From Amoebidium appalachense (Eukaryota > Protista > Ichthyosporea), in the NCBI GenBank assembly GCA_963693365.1, contig CAVNZM010000005.1, positions 558,001 through 622,000 of the forward strand: a stretch of 64,000 nt of DNA, written 5' to 3'. Positions within the stretch are counted from its first letter, which is position 1; the number at the start of each line of letters is the position of its first letter. The notes under the pieces were generated by a model. The model worked only from the letters and a program-made list of their open reading frames with translations. It made no database searches and was not told the origin of the DNA. Below, piece after piece: positions 1 to 29,417 of this stretch. A program made the translations under genes and the position numbers.

Positions 1-186
1 TGCGCATGGCTGATGTTGCATGCTTGAATGTTTGCCTTTGCATGTGTCCTTCGTGTATGCGTACTTCGTACCGTGTTCCGCATTCAAACCCCCCCCCCCC
101 CCTCGGAACGAGCGCCTGGAAAGGCACAGACACGCACACACCACGCCACACATATGTGCGCACCCTCGCGCACGTACACACACATA

Positions 187-485
187 CACCCACACCAACA
201 CATACAAGGGCATACTTCGTAGAGATCTAACATACATCCAAATCCAGGCAACAGGCACTCACCCACACCAACACATACAAGGGCATACTTCGTAGAGATC
301 TAACATACATCCAAATCCAGGCAACAGGCACTCACCCACACCAACACATACAAGGGCATACTTCGTAGAGATCTAACATACATCCAAATCCAGGCAACAG
401 GCACTCACCCACACCAACACATACAAGGGCATACTTCGTAGAGATCTAACATACATCCAAATCCAGGCAACAGGCACTCACCCAC
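187..485. repeat. 73-bp tandem repeat, 4 copies
   Basis: AGAGATCTAACATACATCC recurs at 221, 294, 367 and 440 (73-bp spacing). Confidence 0.95.
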
Positions 486-755
486 TTTTACTTGCAAGCA
501 CGTGCAGATACACACGCACACAAGCATACACGCACACGCACACAGACACATACAGTCACATAGCAAACGTGCAAGGCCCAACATGTTGTGACCACACCAG
601 CGTACTGTCCATGAGCCCACAGGGCTGACACACATGCCCCCACCCACCCACCCACACACACACGCACGCGAGCGAGCACAACACATCTGCGTGCACACAC
701 ACACACACCCATTCTGCCACCAAACCGTTTGCTTTGCCATAACGGGTACCACCGT

Positions 756-808
<53 letters not shown>

Positions 809-1096
809 CCCTCCCAAGTTAAAAAAATTAAAAAAAAATTAACGAGCACGAAGGGTTCTGTTTCTTCCCCGTAGCCGGAATGGGACATATTGTTATTTGA
901 GTGATTGCAGGGTCAATTTGTAGGGGGGATTTATGGTTGTATAATGTATTGGACGTGAGCTATATACCCCCCCCCCTTCTTCAGGTTTATGAGAAACTTG
1001 CAATGGGAAAATGGACTTTGTTTGTAGCGAGTGATATGTGAAAAGGTCATTGGAGGGGAACACACATGGTGGGCAGCCGTGCAGACACTCACACAG

Positions 1097-1231
1097 GCAC
1101 GTACAGACACGTACAAGCACAACGAGCACGTGCAGGCAGCCATCACACAGCTGGAGGCAGATGCGGTGCCGGACGTGCGCCAAGGGGCTGCAGGGGCCAT
1201 CCCTCCCTCCCTCTACTTGTCCGTGGATTGA
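1097..1231 (+). CDS. Possible terminal exon of a gene starting upstream of the window
   Basis: ACACAG acceptor as in other genes here; coding-like frame ARTDTYKHNEHVQAAITQLEADAVPDVRQGAAG...VD*. No family recognised. Confidence 0.3.
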   Translation, partial: ARTDTYKHNEHVQAAITQLEADAVPDVRQGAAGAIPPSLYLSVD

Positions 1232-3513
1232 TTGTGCACATAGAACTAGAACACACTAAAGAAATGGAAGGGGGGGGGGGGGGGGGGGGGGGGGGGGGAG
1301 GGAGGGGGGGAGGGGAAGCAAGAGGGGGAAAGGGGGGGGGGGGAGGGGGAGTGTGTGTGTGTGTGTGATAGAGAGCGAGAGAGAGAGAGGGTAACTGAAA
1401 GAGTTAAATACAAATAGTAGCCGAATGGAGTGTCTGGAAAGGGATGTTCTTTTTTGACTGTTTGCATGGAGAGAAAGGTATGATGCATGTATGTGCTGTC
1501 ACTCTCTCGTTAGCACCGCATTATTGTTAGGGTTAGTTAGTGTTGTATATGTCACGGGGTGCACACAAAGGCAATTTCAAGTCTCTTTGAGAACACGCAC
1601 AACACACACACACACCCGGACAGCATTTATTAAGGCATATTGACTGGTGTCCTTTTTTCCTGGACCACATATTATTGGATTTTGTTTTTACCTCCCCATA
1701 TATAAATCTAGGTTATCGAGCATGTTTTTCACTTAGTGCCTTGTGATCAATTATTATAGCTGCCACGGGCAACACAAGACATGGATAGCGGTGGCATGCG
1801 CAATTAACAACAGTGCAGTGTTGTGTTTTCTGAGACCTTGTACATATTAACTCTTTGAGGGCACACACAAGGGCACCTGCTGGGTTTCGGGTCCTGCCTC
1901 AAAACATGCCCTCCACCTGATGAAATATAAAGGTGACACCGTATCTCCCTGAGTCCCTGGGCCGGAAGATGTCGACAAAATATACATATTGAAACAAGTG
2001 AGGTTTCTCGTGTCGCCAGAATTTGTTGTGCTTTCATTTTTCATTGGCTGGTTGTAAACAACGGGTGTCTTTATTCCTCACAGACGTGGCTACCTGTTAA
2101 TGCCCCTGCATCGTAACATGTGGTAGCTCATCACCTACAGTATGACTAGCGAATTGGCCCGAGTCGATCTCTTTGTACTGTGGCTAGGAGGCAAAGTCTG
2201 GAAACGTGCCTGGGCGGTGCTACACAAGCTAGCTCATTGTTGGGATCCAGGCAAGATTTGCTTTTTTTTTATGCAGATCAATGTGATGTGTGAAGCGGAA
2301 GTGGTAAAATATCATGAACGTCCTCATAGCTAAGATATAAAGCTTGCCTCGGGGTTGGGGAGTATGATAGGAAACGGTTTAAAATGATGTAGGGCTCAGA
2401 AAGGGACCTGCGCCTAAGACTTGAAATTCTTGCAGTTTTTCAAGATGAGAAAAAATGGCCCAACACCCCCTGCACGGATCACTACGGAATACGTCCGAAG
2501 GCCTAGGGTGCAAAGAGAAACCATTTAACCGTTAACGTTAAATGCCAAAAAAATCGCAGGCAAAACGGCGAGCTCGCAACAAGCTAAGGATCTACATTTC
2601 ACGGAGAAGGAACGATGATGGGTTGAGTGTGTGGTTGTTCGAGGCAAGGCGTGTGCAGTAAGCGTGTTTATGGGCGGCAGTAATTACTATTTGTGCTGCA
2701 GGCATGGCTATTAACAGTCAAATGTTTGTGATGGGATGCCACAGAGCATGACTTGTGCATGTGCACGCAAGTCTCCCTGCAGCTGCTCAATATGCTCATA
2801 CCCACTTCCTTCTAGCCTGTATTTAGAAGAAAGCGAGAAAAATGAAAGACAAGATTTACATAACCTGTAATCCGGACTGACACCGGAAGAAAAAAGCAAA
2901 TGCAAAAGCAAAAGGGGCAAAGCAGCTGGCTTGCAAGGGTGCCCCGGCAAAACACACATTCCGATAAAGATCTTTTGCGTAATGCAGTTCGAGACATGGC
3001 CATATTTGGGCATATTTTAATAGCTATTTCCGGTAACACCAACAATCGCTTCAATCAGATGGACCGATGGACCTTCAGGAATGCGACTGTCACAAGTTGA
3101 AAAGCGGGCTAAGTTACTAACGCCGACCTGATCAGGCGTGCTCAGCTGAAGGAGGCCCAGAGAAAAAAATCGTTTTAAAAGCTGTATACACCGTATGCAG
3201 CGTATTTACCAACATTCAAACCTCCTTTGTACTCTGGGATATTTAGACACCTTTTCTTACGAAGCGCGCCTTTATGGCTGCGACGCGTGCCCCTGGTGAC
3301 TAAGAAAATTTCATCGAGCTTTCCGCAGTGTGATTGGTGGCATATCACACACATGTGAGTTCGGCAACCCAGTATCACATACAACACCAGTGCACAAAAC
3401 AGCCATCCTGGTCTTTTTCCGCCAGTCCTCAGCCCTGCACTGCGGTGGTCTTGCAACATTATATTCACGCGTACATCATTTTCACACAATAGGTACCTTT
3501 TATAGCCACCCCA

Positions 3514-6395
3514 ATGGCCGACCTCCTTGCGAAGAATGCCGCCGACGAGGCGACCCAGGAGGCACGCCTCGCTGCGCTTCGCGGGCGCAACCTCCTTTGG
3601 ATTCCCGCCATCTGGGTGGTCGATGGCATGACCATTGTGGAGCGGTTCTACAAGTACGAGAAGGCCCGCTATGATGAGCTCAATAGGATGGGCGTGAATC
3701 TGTATGTCGTGCTTGACCCCACCCTGCCGGGCTGCAAAGAGTATGGTGATAAAGTGATCGAGGATGGAGTCGGCACGCCCATCTATGCAGAGATGCAGGA
3801 TGCAAGCACAGCAGTGCAGAACATCAAAGCTGCAGCAGAGGCCAGTGTGGTTAAGTTCGATGGTGTCATGTCGTTCCACGACAACACGCAGTATCTCGTT
3901 GGGTGCGTGGCCGAGGCAATGGGCCTGCCCGGTAACTCCCCCCAGGCATACGACTATGCACGCAACAAGCTGCTCTCGCGCGACATCTGCAACAAGAAGG
4001 GTGTGAACAGCCCCAAGTTTGCACAGATTAACAGCGCAGGCGAGATCGACGCCATTGTGGCCGAAATGGGCCTTCCCCTCGTGCTGAAGCCCTCGTCCGG
4101 CGCTGGGTCCTTGGGTGTGTACCGTTGCGATACCATCGAGCGCCTGAGGGAGTGCTACCAAACGGTACGGGTCATGCTGGGTGGTCTCTGTGGGGGATGT
4201 GAGACATGGGGATTGGTATAGAGGGTCAAGTGTACAGCATGCAGTGGCTTGTAGATACAAAAATACTTAAGCAGGTAGGGAAGGAGCTCTTGCTGTATAC
4301 TCTAGAAGTTGCCACACCACATCATACAAAGCTAGTGTCTGTATTCCCGGCAACCCCCGCCTTTGCACTCTCCCCGGGCATGCACCTACATCAATACCTT
4401 GCACAAGCTACACACACACACGTACAAACACAGACGGACACATATGCGTGCTTACACACGGACACAGGTATACGATGACCTCCTTGCCGATAAGCTGTAC
4501 TCGTGGACTCCCGGCCAAACCGATGCACCCACGATCCTCGTTGAGCAGTACATAGACGGTGATGAGTTCGATGTGGACCTCATCTTCTGGGACGGCAAGC
4601 TGGTCTATGGCTCAGTCACGGGTGAGTGGTCTTGCCACAACTTGCACCGCCAGCATATGTCTCTCTGGTGGCTGATATTAACGCATAGGGATTGAAGAAG
4701 CTACCCCATCACCTCTTCCTCCACACCCCTCCCCCCCCTTGCCCCCCGGAGGGGCAGATGTGGAGAAATTGAAAGAAAATGGGTGTGCTTACCCTCCCCC
4801 CCCGGGGGGAAGAGGTGGAGAAATTGAAAGAAAATGGGTGTGCTAGGCCCCACAATTCACCCGCGTGCACAAGCAAACACGAGAGAAAATACACTAGTAC
4901 ACACACAGACAGGCACACGCACCGCACATACACAACCACACTTGAGCATCAGGCAAAAAGGGAGGGATGGTGGGTGAAGGGCACCGGGAGTGACAAAAAA
5001 AACTCGTCCTTCTTGGGACAGGGGGTTGGGGGGGGGGAGGGGGGGGCAGACGAAGGTGCATGCCAGTGTTTCTATGAAATGGTGCTCTCCCAACTTCATT
5101 GACCCCCTCTCCCCCCAAACCCGGGAAGATGCCGGGCTCTGTATATACTGCATATCACACATTGTGGACGTTGCATTGTACACATTTTCTGACTCATCTC
5201 AACTTGTTGTCATATGACCTGTATCCTGCACCATAGTTTCTGATTGCATGTTATACTACGCGGCTCGTACTGTTCCGCATTCTGACCATCCCGTCCCCGC
5301 CCCTCCCCCAACCACCACATACACCCAACAGACAACTGGCCGACGGTCGAGCCCTACTTCCTCGAGAACGGTGCCAACACCCCCACGGTGTACCCCGACA
5401 ACAAGCGCCAGGAGCTCATCGACTATGCCCGTGACGTGTGCCTGGCACTGGGCTTCAAGCAGGGCCCCTTCCACGTCGAGTGCAAATACTCGGACCGCCT
5501 GGGCGGCCCCATGCTGATCGAGTGCAACCCCCGTGTGGGCGGCGAGTGCATCATGCCCTTCAACAAGGCCGTCTATGGCGTCAACCTCCTGCACGAGTTT
5601 GTTATTTCCGCCCTGGGTGTCCCTGTGAACCCACCGCACCACGAAACCCCAGCTTGCGGGATGGTGATGTACAGCGTGTGTGCGCCCAAGACCGGCTATC
5701 TGCTCAACGAGCGCTGGTGCGACCACATCAAGAACCACCCCAATGTCACCGAGTGTGTCTACCGCAAACATGCCGGTGACAAGGTTCAGGTTGGTGCCCT
5801 CCTCCTTCCCTCCCCTCCCCCCCCACCCCCACGGCCACCTCCCCTCTCCTTCCCTTGCACCCCATTCCTCTCAATACCCTCAATCTTTCTGCTCTCTCCT
5901 TCACATGTTGCCTTATGCCGTTAACCCGCCCCCCCCCCCCCCCCCCCCCCCCCCCGGCCCCTCCTCCTCCTCGTCGTCGTCCCCTGCCGGTGCCAGCGTT
6001 TGTGCCCCCGAGTGAACACTCATTCCTTTTTAATTTCCTCAATGAAAGTCACAGATTGCTAACCCTCCCCTCCCCCCCCCTCCCCCCCCCCCCCCCCCCC
6101 CCCTTCTTCTCCAACACACACACACACACACACACAGGGGTACGACACGGGCATCCCCGAGTGGCTTGCCTCGTTCACGGTCAAGCACGACACCATCGAC
6201 CAGGCCATGGAGCTGGCCAAGCAGATGGTCGACTCCTTGGACCCCCCCATCGGCCCCGACATGCACAAGAACCCCAGCGAGTACATGAAAGATCAGGAGC
6301 TGCAGGACCAGGGCACACCCCCGCCTGTGCGCCGTGCAAGTTTGAACCAGGTGGGGAGCTTCCGCAGGTCAAGCATTGCCGCCCAGGCACCGTAA
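3514..6395 (+). CDS. ATP-grasp ligase (L-amino-acid ligase / carnosine synthase-like), 4 exons
   Basis: Exons 3514-4164, 4468-4621, 5332-5789, 6138-6395 with GT-AG introns, all in frame. ATP-grasp motifs RNKLLSR, PLVLKPSSGAGSLGV, LVEQYIDGDEFDVD, FHVECK, LIECNPRVGG. Confidence 0.9.
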
Positions 6396-7304
6396 GGGGA
6401 AGTGACTTGGAAGTTAGCGTAGGTTTGGTAATGTGCAACGCTGCATGCAGGCAGTACTAGCTTGGGTAACTGGTTGCCTGTGGTCTGACACGTGATCATA
6501 ATGTTGAACTATATAAAACACTGATATTAATGTGCTAGTTGTGTCTGAACCTCATTCACATGAGATCCAATACTGCAATTGGAAAAGTAAGCCTTCTTAG
6601 ATGCATCTCTGTTAATTCTTTTTAAGTCTTGTTGCTGCTGCAAATGAACCGTGGACGAGATACGCTGCTGCTCCAATAATAAACAACGTTGAGTCGTACT
6701 CCTAGGCGGTAATTATTCAACAAACCGAACAAAGGTAACCGTTTCCGGTGATTGTACAAACTCACTCCATGTCCTTGCTAGCCTATCATCACGCTTGCGC
6801 AAATGATACGAGTCTCTTTCTTCCGAATGGGTGGTGGTGGTGAGATGAACATGCGCGTGGTGGGTGGGTGGCACATAGTGAGATGTGTGGATGGGTGGTG
6901 GTGGTGAGATATGGGTGGGTGGGTGGGTGGTTGTGGTGAGCGTAGATGACGTGAAGGTGGTGTGTGTGCCAATGTGTTGTCCGGGAGATGTTGTTTATAA
7001 TTAGGCAGGGATGTAATTGCATGTATGCGCAAGGGGAGTGGTGTTGCACGTGGCCGTATGCATAGAAACCTGGAAAGAGTTTGTAGTCGCTTGTAGAAAT
7101 GCCATTCTTCCCACGGGTTTTTTTTCCCTGGACACGTATGCAAGTGTTCCGAGGGGTGTGGTGCGGGCGGGCACAGCCTGAGCACGCAGCCTGCGCATGC
7201 ACTGGTCACACGATTACGTAACTTGTGCATTCCAATCATTTCGTCTTGATCAGGGATTGGATGATGCCAAAACTAAAACCGAAAAAGGTTAACAAAAGTA
7301 GCAC

Positions 7305-7380
7305 TTCTATTGGTCGATCTTGGTGATAATGGCAGGATGAGAAGAGCCAATCAGATCAAAGACACTGAGCTATATAAACG
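7305..7380 (+). promoter_or_regulatory. Putative core promoter (CCAAT boxes plus TATA-like box) of the histidine phosphatase gene
   Basis: ATTGG ~7309, AGCCAATC ~7344 and TATATAAA ~7371, about 110 bp upstream of ATG 7486. Confidence 0.45.
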
Positions 7381-7485
7381 TCGCGGGACTCGCGGCCGGT
7401 AGAAGTTTCAAAAGTTTCTGCTAGCCCGCAACCACGAACGAAAAGGATACGTTAGGGACAGGGGAATAAGAGCGAAAGAGCAAAA

Positions 7486-9116
<1,631 letters not shown>

Positions 9117-9760
9117 CGATGACCGAAGCTTGGGTAGGTTCTCACGGGGACTTCCAGAATTAGGTCGGGGATTCTGTGTATGATTTCCGTAGAGCTATAT
9201 TATCAGATATGTGCGTGCGTACGTGTGTGTGTTACGGTGCTGCTGGTTCGGCACGGAAATAAACAAAGACCTCACAACAGCCTCCTCCTGTCCTCACTTG
9301 AACACAAAAAGGCAAGAAGCTTGGAGCCGCAGCAGGCCTTTTGATCGCTTTCCGATAACAGCGATCGCAGCTGAAATCTCTCAAAAGATTCTCAAAGGCT
9401 TGCGCTGGTGACTGGTGAAAGCTGAGCCGGTCGCTGGGCCAGGTGAAAAAAAGGCGCGCTTTTTTTTTTTTGACTCGGAACTGGAAAGACGTGGTCACGA
9501 GGAGGGGAGAGACCTAGAGTAAAGGACCTCAGTGCAGGATTGTACGGCTGAAATTATGGGCGGTGTTTGAAGGGTCATGTTCGTGCAGAGCGGCAGCGAA
9601 GGCGGTGTTTGAACTCTTTTTAAATCCAAATACTCGTGGGCAGTATAGAGCTTAGCAACCAGTCGACAGTGGGTTGGTTGTCTGTTTAAAAGCACGCATA
9701 TAGTTGGGTAACTAGAGTTAGACTTATTGGAGGCGGTTTTGGAGAGGTCCGGTGGTCGCC

Positions 9761-23239
<13,479 letters not shown>

Positions 23240-23396
23240 TTGGGCCCACGTGTATGCGGTCACGTGGTCTGCTGGTGGCTTCTAGAACTTGCCATGTGCC
23301 CAATCACTCCCCTTCACTGCCACCATACAGCCAGCACGGAGATGTATTGGGAAGTCGTGCGAATGTTTTCCTTGTTCTTTATTTATTTTTTTATTT

Positions 23397-23437
<41 letters not shown>

Positions 23438-23973
23438 GAAAGACAAACGATGGAAATAGTGCCGTAGGGGAACCCTCGTGTACGGGCATGAAACGGTGGG
23501 GAAGGTGGGAGGGGGAGGGGGAGGGCGGGGGGAAGAAGATTATAATGCTTCTTGGCGGTTTTTTGGTATTCGAATGTTGCGTATGGTATGTTGTCATGAG
23601 ACTAAATGGCCCAAAGCACGTGTCTGTGTGACCCTGGTGTGATTGATTGCAAACACTGAATGGATTTATTGTGATGGGGCGAGGAAGGGGTGCTAGTGTG
23701 ATTTGGTGATTAGCACCATGGATTGGATAATTTGATCATGATATGTGTACGTGGTATGGTGTAAAACAATGTTGATGATCACGTTGGCTTTCCCTTCTTT
23801 GCTTTTTATGTCCAACTTAAGGGGTACACTCATGACCACCAGTATATTGATATGAGACAGGGTACATGCTGTGTGGCACGAATGGTTGTTGGTTTTGGGG
23901 AGCAGGGCTCCTCATGGTTTGACTGCGCGAATGAATAAATGAATGGCGAAGAAATATCTCGTCCCTTCCCTCC

Positions 23974-24009
<36 letters not shown>

Positions 24010-24294
24010 CCCCCCCCTCCCTCCCCCCCCCCCCCCCCCCCCCCCCCCTCATTCTCTTTTTGCCCCACTGCCCCAACAGCCGTGCACGCCCTTGCAAGAG
24101 CCCGGCGGCCCACCATCACAACCATCATTTGCCACGTGCCAATTAAGGGATTAATAGTAGTGGTTATTTTCCTGATCGCTCACTGGCAGCCTAGTCTGAA
24201 TTTAAATCTAGAAATTAGTGTTGTGGTTGATTTAGGTGTTGTCGCCAATCGTTTCGATTGCGCACCGTGACAGTGATGATGCACGTTGTTTTTT

Positions 24295-24364
<70 letters not shown>

Positions 24365-24510
24365 ACCTCAGGGCCGGGACTGATGAAAATTTGAAGAAGC
24401 AACCCTTATTATCGATATATCCCCCCCCCCCCCCTTCCCCTCCTCCTCCTTCCCCCTTCCCCCCCCCCCCCCCCCCTTCCCCTCCTCCTCCTTCCCCCTT
24501 CCCCACCCTC

Positions 24511-24545
<35 letters not shown>

Positions 24546-25635
24546 CCGCCGCCGCCGCCCCCCGGCCCTCCCCACCCTAACCCCCCTCCTCTCCCCCTAC
24601 TGCGGCCCCCTCCAATCCGAGCGCCACCACCATAGGTCTAATATAGTAGACGATGTCACAGAGCACGTGGCGCACGTGGCTTCGATTCACACGGGGCACA
24701 CGTATGCACGCACACGCCCGCCCATATAAGTACACACGATCACACGCACACACCGCATACACACGCACGCATACGTACGTACTTGAACACGTGAATACAC
24801 ACGCACAAACTTTACACCCACACTTCATACACACAACGCCACGGACATGTACACATGCACGCACGTGTCGCACAATCGAGACGGATCAAAAAATTACCCT
24901 GTAATATCTTTGCACTCCCACATAATTAATTACAAGTACATGTACACACATGGTCGCAAGCACATTATTATCATCAAATATTAATAATTAATTATAATGT
25001 ATATTGGCGGCGCAGCACGTGCTTGTGTACGTTTAAATCCTTCCCCGTTCCCTAATAAGTCCCCCCCCCAACACCCCCCCCCCCCCCCCCCCCTAGTGGG
25101 GCTCCCCTCAACGGGGATGCCCCTCCCTTCCCGCCCTCACCCCTTCACCCCCCACCCCTCACCCCTACTCCCCGTGATCTCAAGTCCCCGGCCCCCCTCC
25201 CCCCCCCCCCCCCCCCCCCCCCTCCTACCCCCCACCCACCCACCCACCCACCCACCCCCACCATCACCACCACCCCACACAAGCACACACACTCACGATA
25301 TGGCACCTCAAGGTGCCCCTTCAAAACGGGCACAAACTGACTCCCGTCTGAAAGCCTGATCACTGTGCTTCACTGATCATCAGGGTGTCCTCCCAGGGTT
25401 TGAAAATTCGTATTCGCGCCATTTTGCAGGGAACAAACCTCGGGAATCAAACCAGGTGCCGATCATCTGGACATGTATGCTATGTGACACCTTTGAGATC
25501 TTATAAGCAGTACAGTACATACGTATGTGCAGTTTGTAAGGACACGAGTATGTGCGAGGCCACGAACACACATGAATACCACCAACTCACCCAGGCACAG
25601 GCTCCCCGTAGTAAAACCTCTTACACTCTTCAGCC

Positions 25636-26094
25636 ATGTGCCCCGTACCTGCCCACCGCACACAGGCCCTCCATCTCTACCGCCACTGTCTGCTGTGGGC
25701 CCGCACCTTTCCTGTGCCCAAGCTGAGAGCAAAACTCAGGTGCGTGCGCATGGGTTGCATAGAGGGAAAGAAAATAAAACTTGCAAGAGAAAAAAGGCAA
25801 AGGGAGTGGCCACGTAGAGTTGGTGGGCTCCCAAAGTCGAGAGGAAGGTTGGCGGGGTGGCTGGTGGCAGACAGCGAAGTAGATGACAAAGAAAAAGACA
25901 TGACGGGGGATGAGATAGGTGGGAGGGAGGGGTAGAAGGGGGAAGGAATGGGAGGTTCCCCCCCTCCCCTCCATCCCCCCCCCTACCCCCGCCCCATTTC
26001 TATCTCTTTCTTCCCTCTCTCCCTCTCCCCTCCCCCTTCTCCCCCCCCCTCCCCCCCTTCATCCCCCTCTCCCTCTCTCTCTCTCTCTCCGTTC

Positions 26095-26152
<58 letters not shown>

Positions 26153-27160
26153 CCCTCCCCCCCCCCCCCCCCCTCCCCCTCTCTCTTTCTAGCTTTCTCT
26201 CTCACTCACTTTAGCCTTTCTGTCACTCTCTCCCTCTCTCGGTCTCTCCCTCTCTCGCTCTACCTTTCTGTCTCTCTCTCTCTCTCTCTCTCACTCCCCC
26301 CTCCCCCCCCCCCCCTCTTTCCCCAACCCCCCTCCCAACCCTCCCCCCTCTCTCCTCCTCTCACCCCCTTGCCCGTCCCCTCTCCTCTCACCACGTCACC
26401 TCAGAGGGAAATACCTACCTCAAGCTGTAAGCTGCTTGCGGAAGGCTAGGCGAAAGCATGATCGGCAATAGATGTACCGTTTCGGAGTCACCTTCGCATC
26501 ACTTGGTTTACCCAGCACATAGTGCTATGAGCTAACATGTATCCGCACCCTGCAGCCTAAACGTAAAGGAGGTTTTCTTTTGCCACAAAACGGTAAAGGA
26601 TCTTTCAAAGATCGAGGAGCTAATACGCCGTGGCCAGGTAACCAGCAACTACCCTCCCCCCCCCTCCTCCCTCCCTCCCCTCCCCCCTTCTTCACCTGCC
26701 TTTCCCTTTGAAAAGAGGGGGGGGGGGGGGGGGGAGAGAAGAAAAAAACCGCCCACCAACAACCAGTCACCGCAACACACGCTTTCCACTTGAGGAGAAA
26801 AGGAGCGTGTGGCCTGCCAAAAGCAACAGGCAACCGTTTTGGGCGAGAGAGTGTGTGTGTCTGAGTTGAGTTGGTTGTCGTGGTGGAGAGGAAGAGACGA
26901 ATGGCTGGGGGGGGGGGGGGGGAGGGGGCGGGGGGCTGGAGTCCACATGCGTGAAAACGGGAAGTAATTGATTTGGCAACACGTCACAAGCTAACCAACT
27001 CCACTGGCACATACCGTAGACCTGTGGGTGGCCTTGAAACACCCTGCCTGAACAGCACATGTTGCTTTGCAAAGCCACACTGCATGCCACACGTCCACGT
27101 GCATTCACATAGGGACACACGCTCACGAGCATGCACACTTCTGCAGGCCCAAGCTCACGA

Positions 27161-27210
<50 letters not shown>

Positions 27211-27428
27211 GCGATTCGCAGAGTTTGCAAGTTGTCTTCCTAACACGTGATTATGCACCAGGAGCACACACACACCACACGCACACGCACACGCACATGC
27301 ACACGCAACACACACACATGCACACACAGGGCCATCTACACGTGCTACGACAGCTATCTGCCGCTAACCCTGAAATCCTCTCCTACCTCTCCCGTGACTA
27401 TACACCAGCAGAAGGAATCAACGAATGA
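25636..27428 (+). CDS. LYR-motif (Complex1_LYR-like) small protein, 3 exons, ~94 aa
   Basis: Exons 25636-25739, 26556-26637, 27330-27428 give MCPVPAHRTQALHLYRHCLLWARTFPVPKLRAKLSLNVKEVFFCHKTVKDLSKIEELIRRGQGHLHVLRQL... with the LYR motif, conserved Phe and D..KI..LI..G pattern. Confidence 0.82.
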
Positions 27429-28300
27429 TGTGGGTGTCTGTTTTTAACTCAACCCAAAACATGAGTTTTGACAAAAATTAGTACGAAGGATATGCGAAGG
27501 TCGGGTGTCGTGGGAGTAGATTTCTTGCACACGGCAGTAAAGGACTTGGTCCATTTATTTCATGGTCTTTTTTAGACACCTAATACCTAATAGGTGGTTC
27601 TCGAGGTCTGTCTGGAGTTTGGTCGGCCACTAAATGCTGTGGACATGGTAGGTCTGTCCGTCACCCGTCCGCTAGTCGTAAGGTCTACTCAATTCATTGA
27701 TGCTAAAAAGAAAGATCCTTGTGTAGGCATTGCTAACACAGCAGTACTGCCCCCATTCAACTATTGAATAATCGAAGGTGTCTAAAAGCTTGTGCCCCCC
27801 CCCCCCTCACCTCTTTGACCAGGCTTCTTTTTTCCCACTGGCACCTCTCCGTAAACAGAACCAAACATCTGGCCCTATGACACGGTAATTACATGGCATG
27901 ATAAGGGTCTGACTGTAATCTCGGCCTATTTGTAGTCAATACTTCGCTGCCCTAAGCCGAAATATGATTTCTTTGATTATCTAAGCTGTCATTCCCCCCT
28001 TTACCACCCCCCCCGCCCCCGGGTGTGTGTGTGAGTCCCTTCATGCATTCAACAAGGTCCTTCGTGCGTGTTGGTGTATGCGCGCGTGTGTAAGAGGTGT
28101 CTGTTTTCATTGAACTATTCAGGACAATGTGCGGTGCGCGTATGTTTACAGCATCTGTGTGTCCGAATCCCGGAGTGTGTGTGTGTGCGTGCGTGGGTAG
28201 GCGGGCGTGCAGGGAATGCGAGTATGCGTGCAAAGTTTTTTCCCCCTTCTTTCTTTTTATTTTTTTTGTGGGGCGATGGGGGAAAAGGGAGGGAGGGAGG

Positions 28301-28349
<49 letters not shown>

Positions 28350-29417
28350 GGAGGTGGGTTGGACGCGGGCACAGCGCGCATACTATGATCTGCATGCCCG
28401 CTGCTCGCTGCTGTATTGGAGCATGCTATTGTAGTGTCGGTCACACTTTGTGCCTTGCGGCCTTCGCCTGTACTCCGGAACCGTTTGCAAGCAAGTTACC
28501 CTGGCCCCACAAAATATATATTTCACCTTGGTGTTCGCCCATTGGATAGCGTGAGCTAATCAGAATGGATTGTACTTGGTGACTAGCATTGAAATTTAAT
28601 AATCTTTTGTTAACGAATCAACAATCAATAATAAAAGTATTTAGCTTGTTTAAGCAAAGTTAATTAAAACTTGGGCTTGTCACGTGAAATAAATCACTTC
28701 TGTAAAAGTCCGTCTATCAGCCAATGAAACGGTGCCTCTCCATCACTTGTCGGATAAGTAGCTTTTTTGATATCTGTCCTCAAATGTCAAATTACACTTT
28801 TCACCTGAGCCCAAAACAACATATCTCATTGACATGACTGGTGCTGTACTTACAATTTTGTCCATGTAGCAAGCCCGCAGACATAAACAGGTGCATTGAC
28901 GTCTCTTAGCGTCCATAAAGTGAGCTTTTGTGCTTCTAAGTTATTTATTTTCCTACGTACAGCAATACAAGACGAGCTCTGACATCCACCGATTCAAAGG
29001 AGATGTCCTTGGTTTGGATTCTTCGCAAAACAATACGATTATCCGTCATATTTGCAATTTGTTGGAATTGGGGTTTTTATTTGGTGGGGCTCTATGTTTG
29101 TTTCTTCTCACTCATCTTTGTCTCGGAGTGCTGCGCTTGAAGTTCTCAGAGAGGAGTTTTCGTTTTGCCTTCTCTCTTTGGGTTGTTCGTGATAGACCTT
29201 TCTGTGGGGTTTTTTTTTTGGTTACTATGGTTATGCTGTACTCTTTTACTGTTAGTTTTTCATGTATGTGTCAGCGTGCTGACGTTAGCACGCCAACGTG
29301 CTAGTACTTCCACAAGGATCTTGACAGTTTACGTCGGTTTTCACCCACTGCTAAGTTTCCTTATCCTTCACATTCGTCACGAGCGCGTACAGCGGGAAAG
29401 GGAGGGCGAAGGAAAAA

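Noticed and set aside
187-485. CRISPR-like periodicity (also at 13030-13516)
   Set aside because: Units are identical end to end with no unique spacers, there are no cas genes, and the context is eukaryotic.
2700-3180. Coding-like intergenic stretch
   Set aside because: The frames I read contain stops and I recognise no domain.
3175-4260. 361-aa minus-strand ORF
   Set aside because: Antisense shadow of the GC3-rich ATP-grasp exon 1; no recognisable motif.
25294-25447. Apparent minus-strand exon with AG/GT borders
   Set aside because: Stops occur in all three frames and no linked exons give a product.
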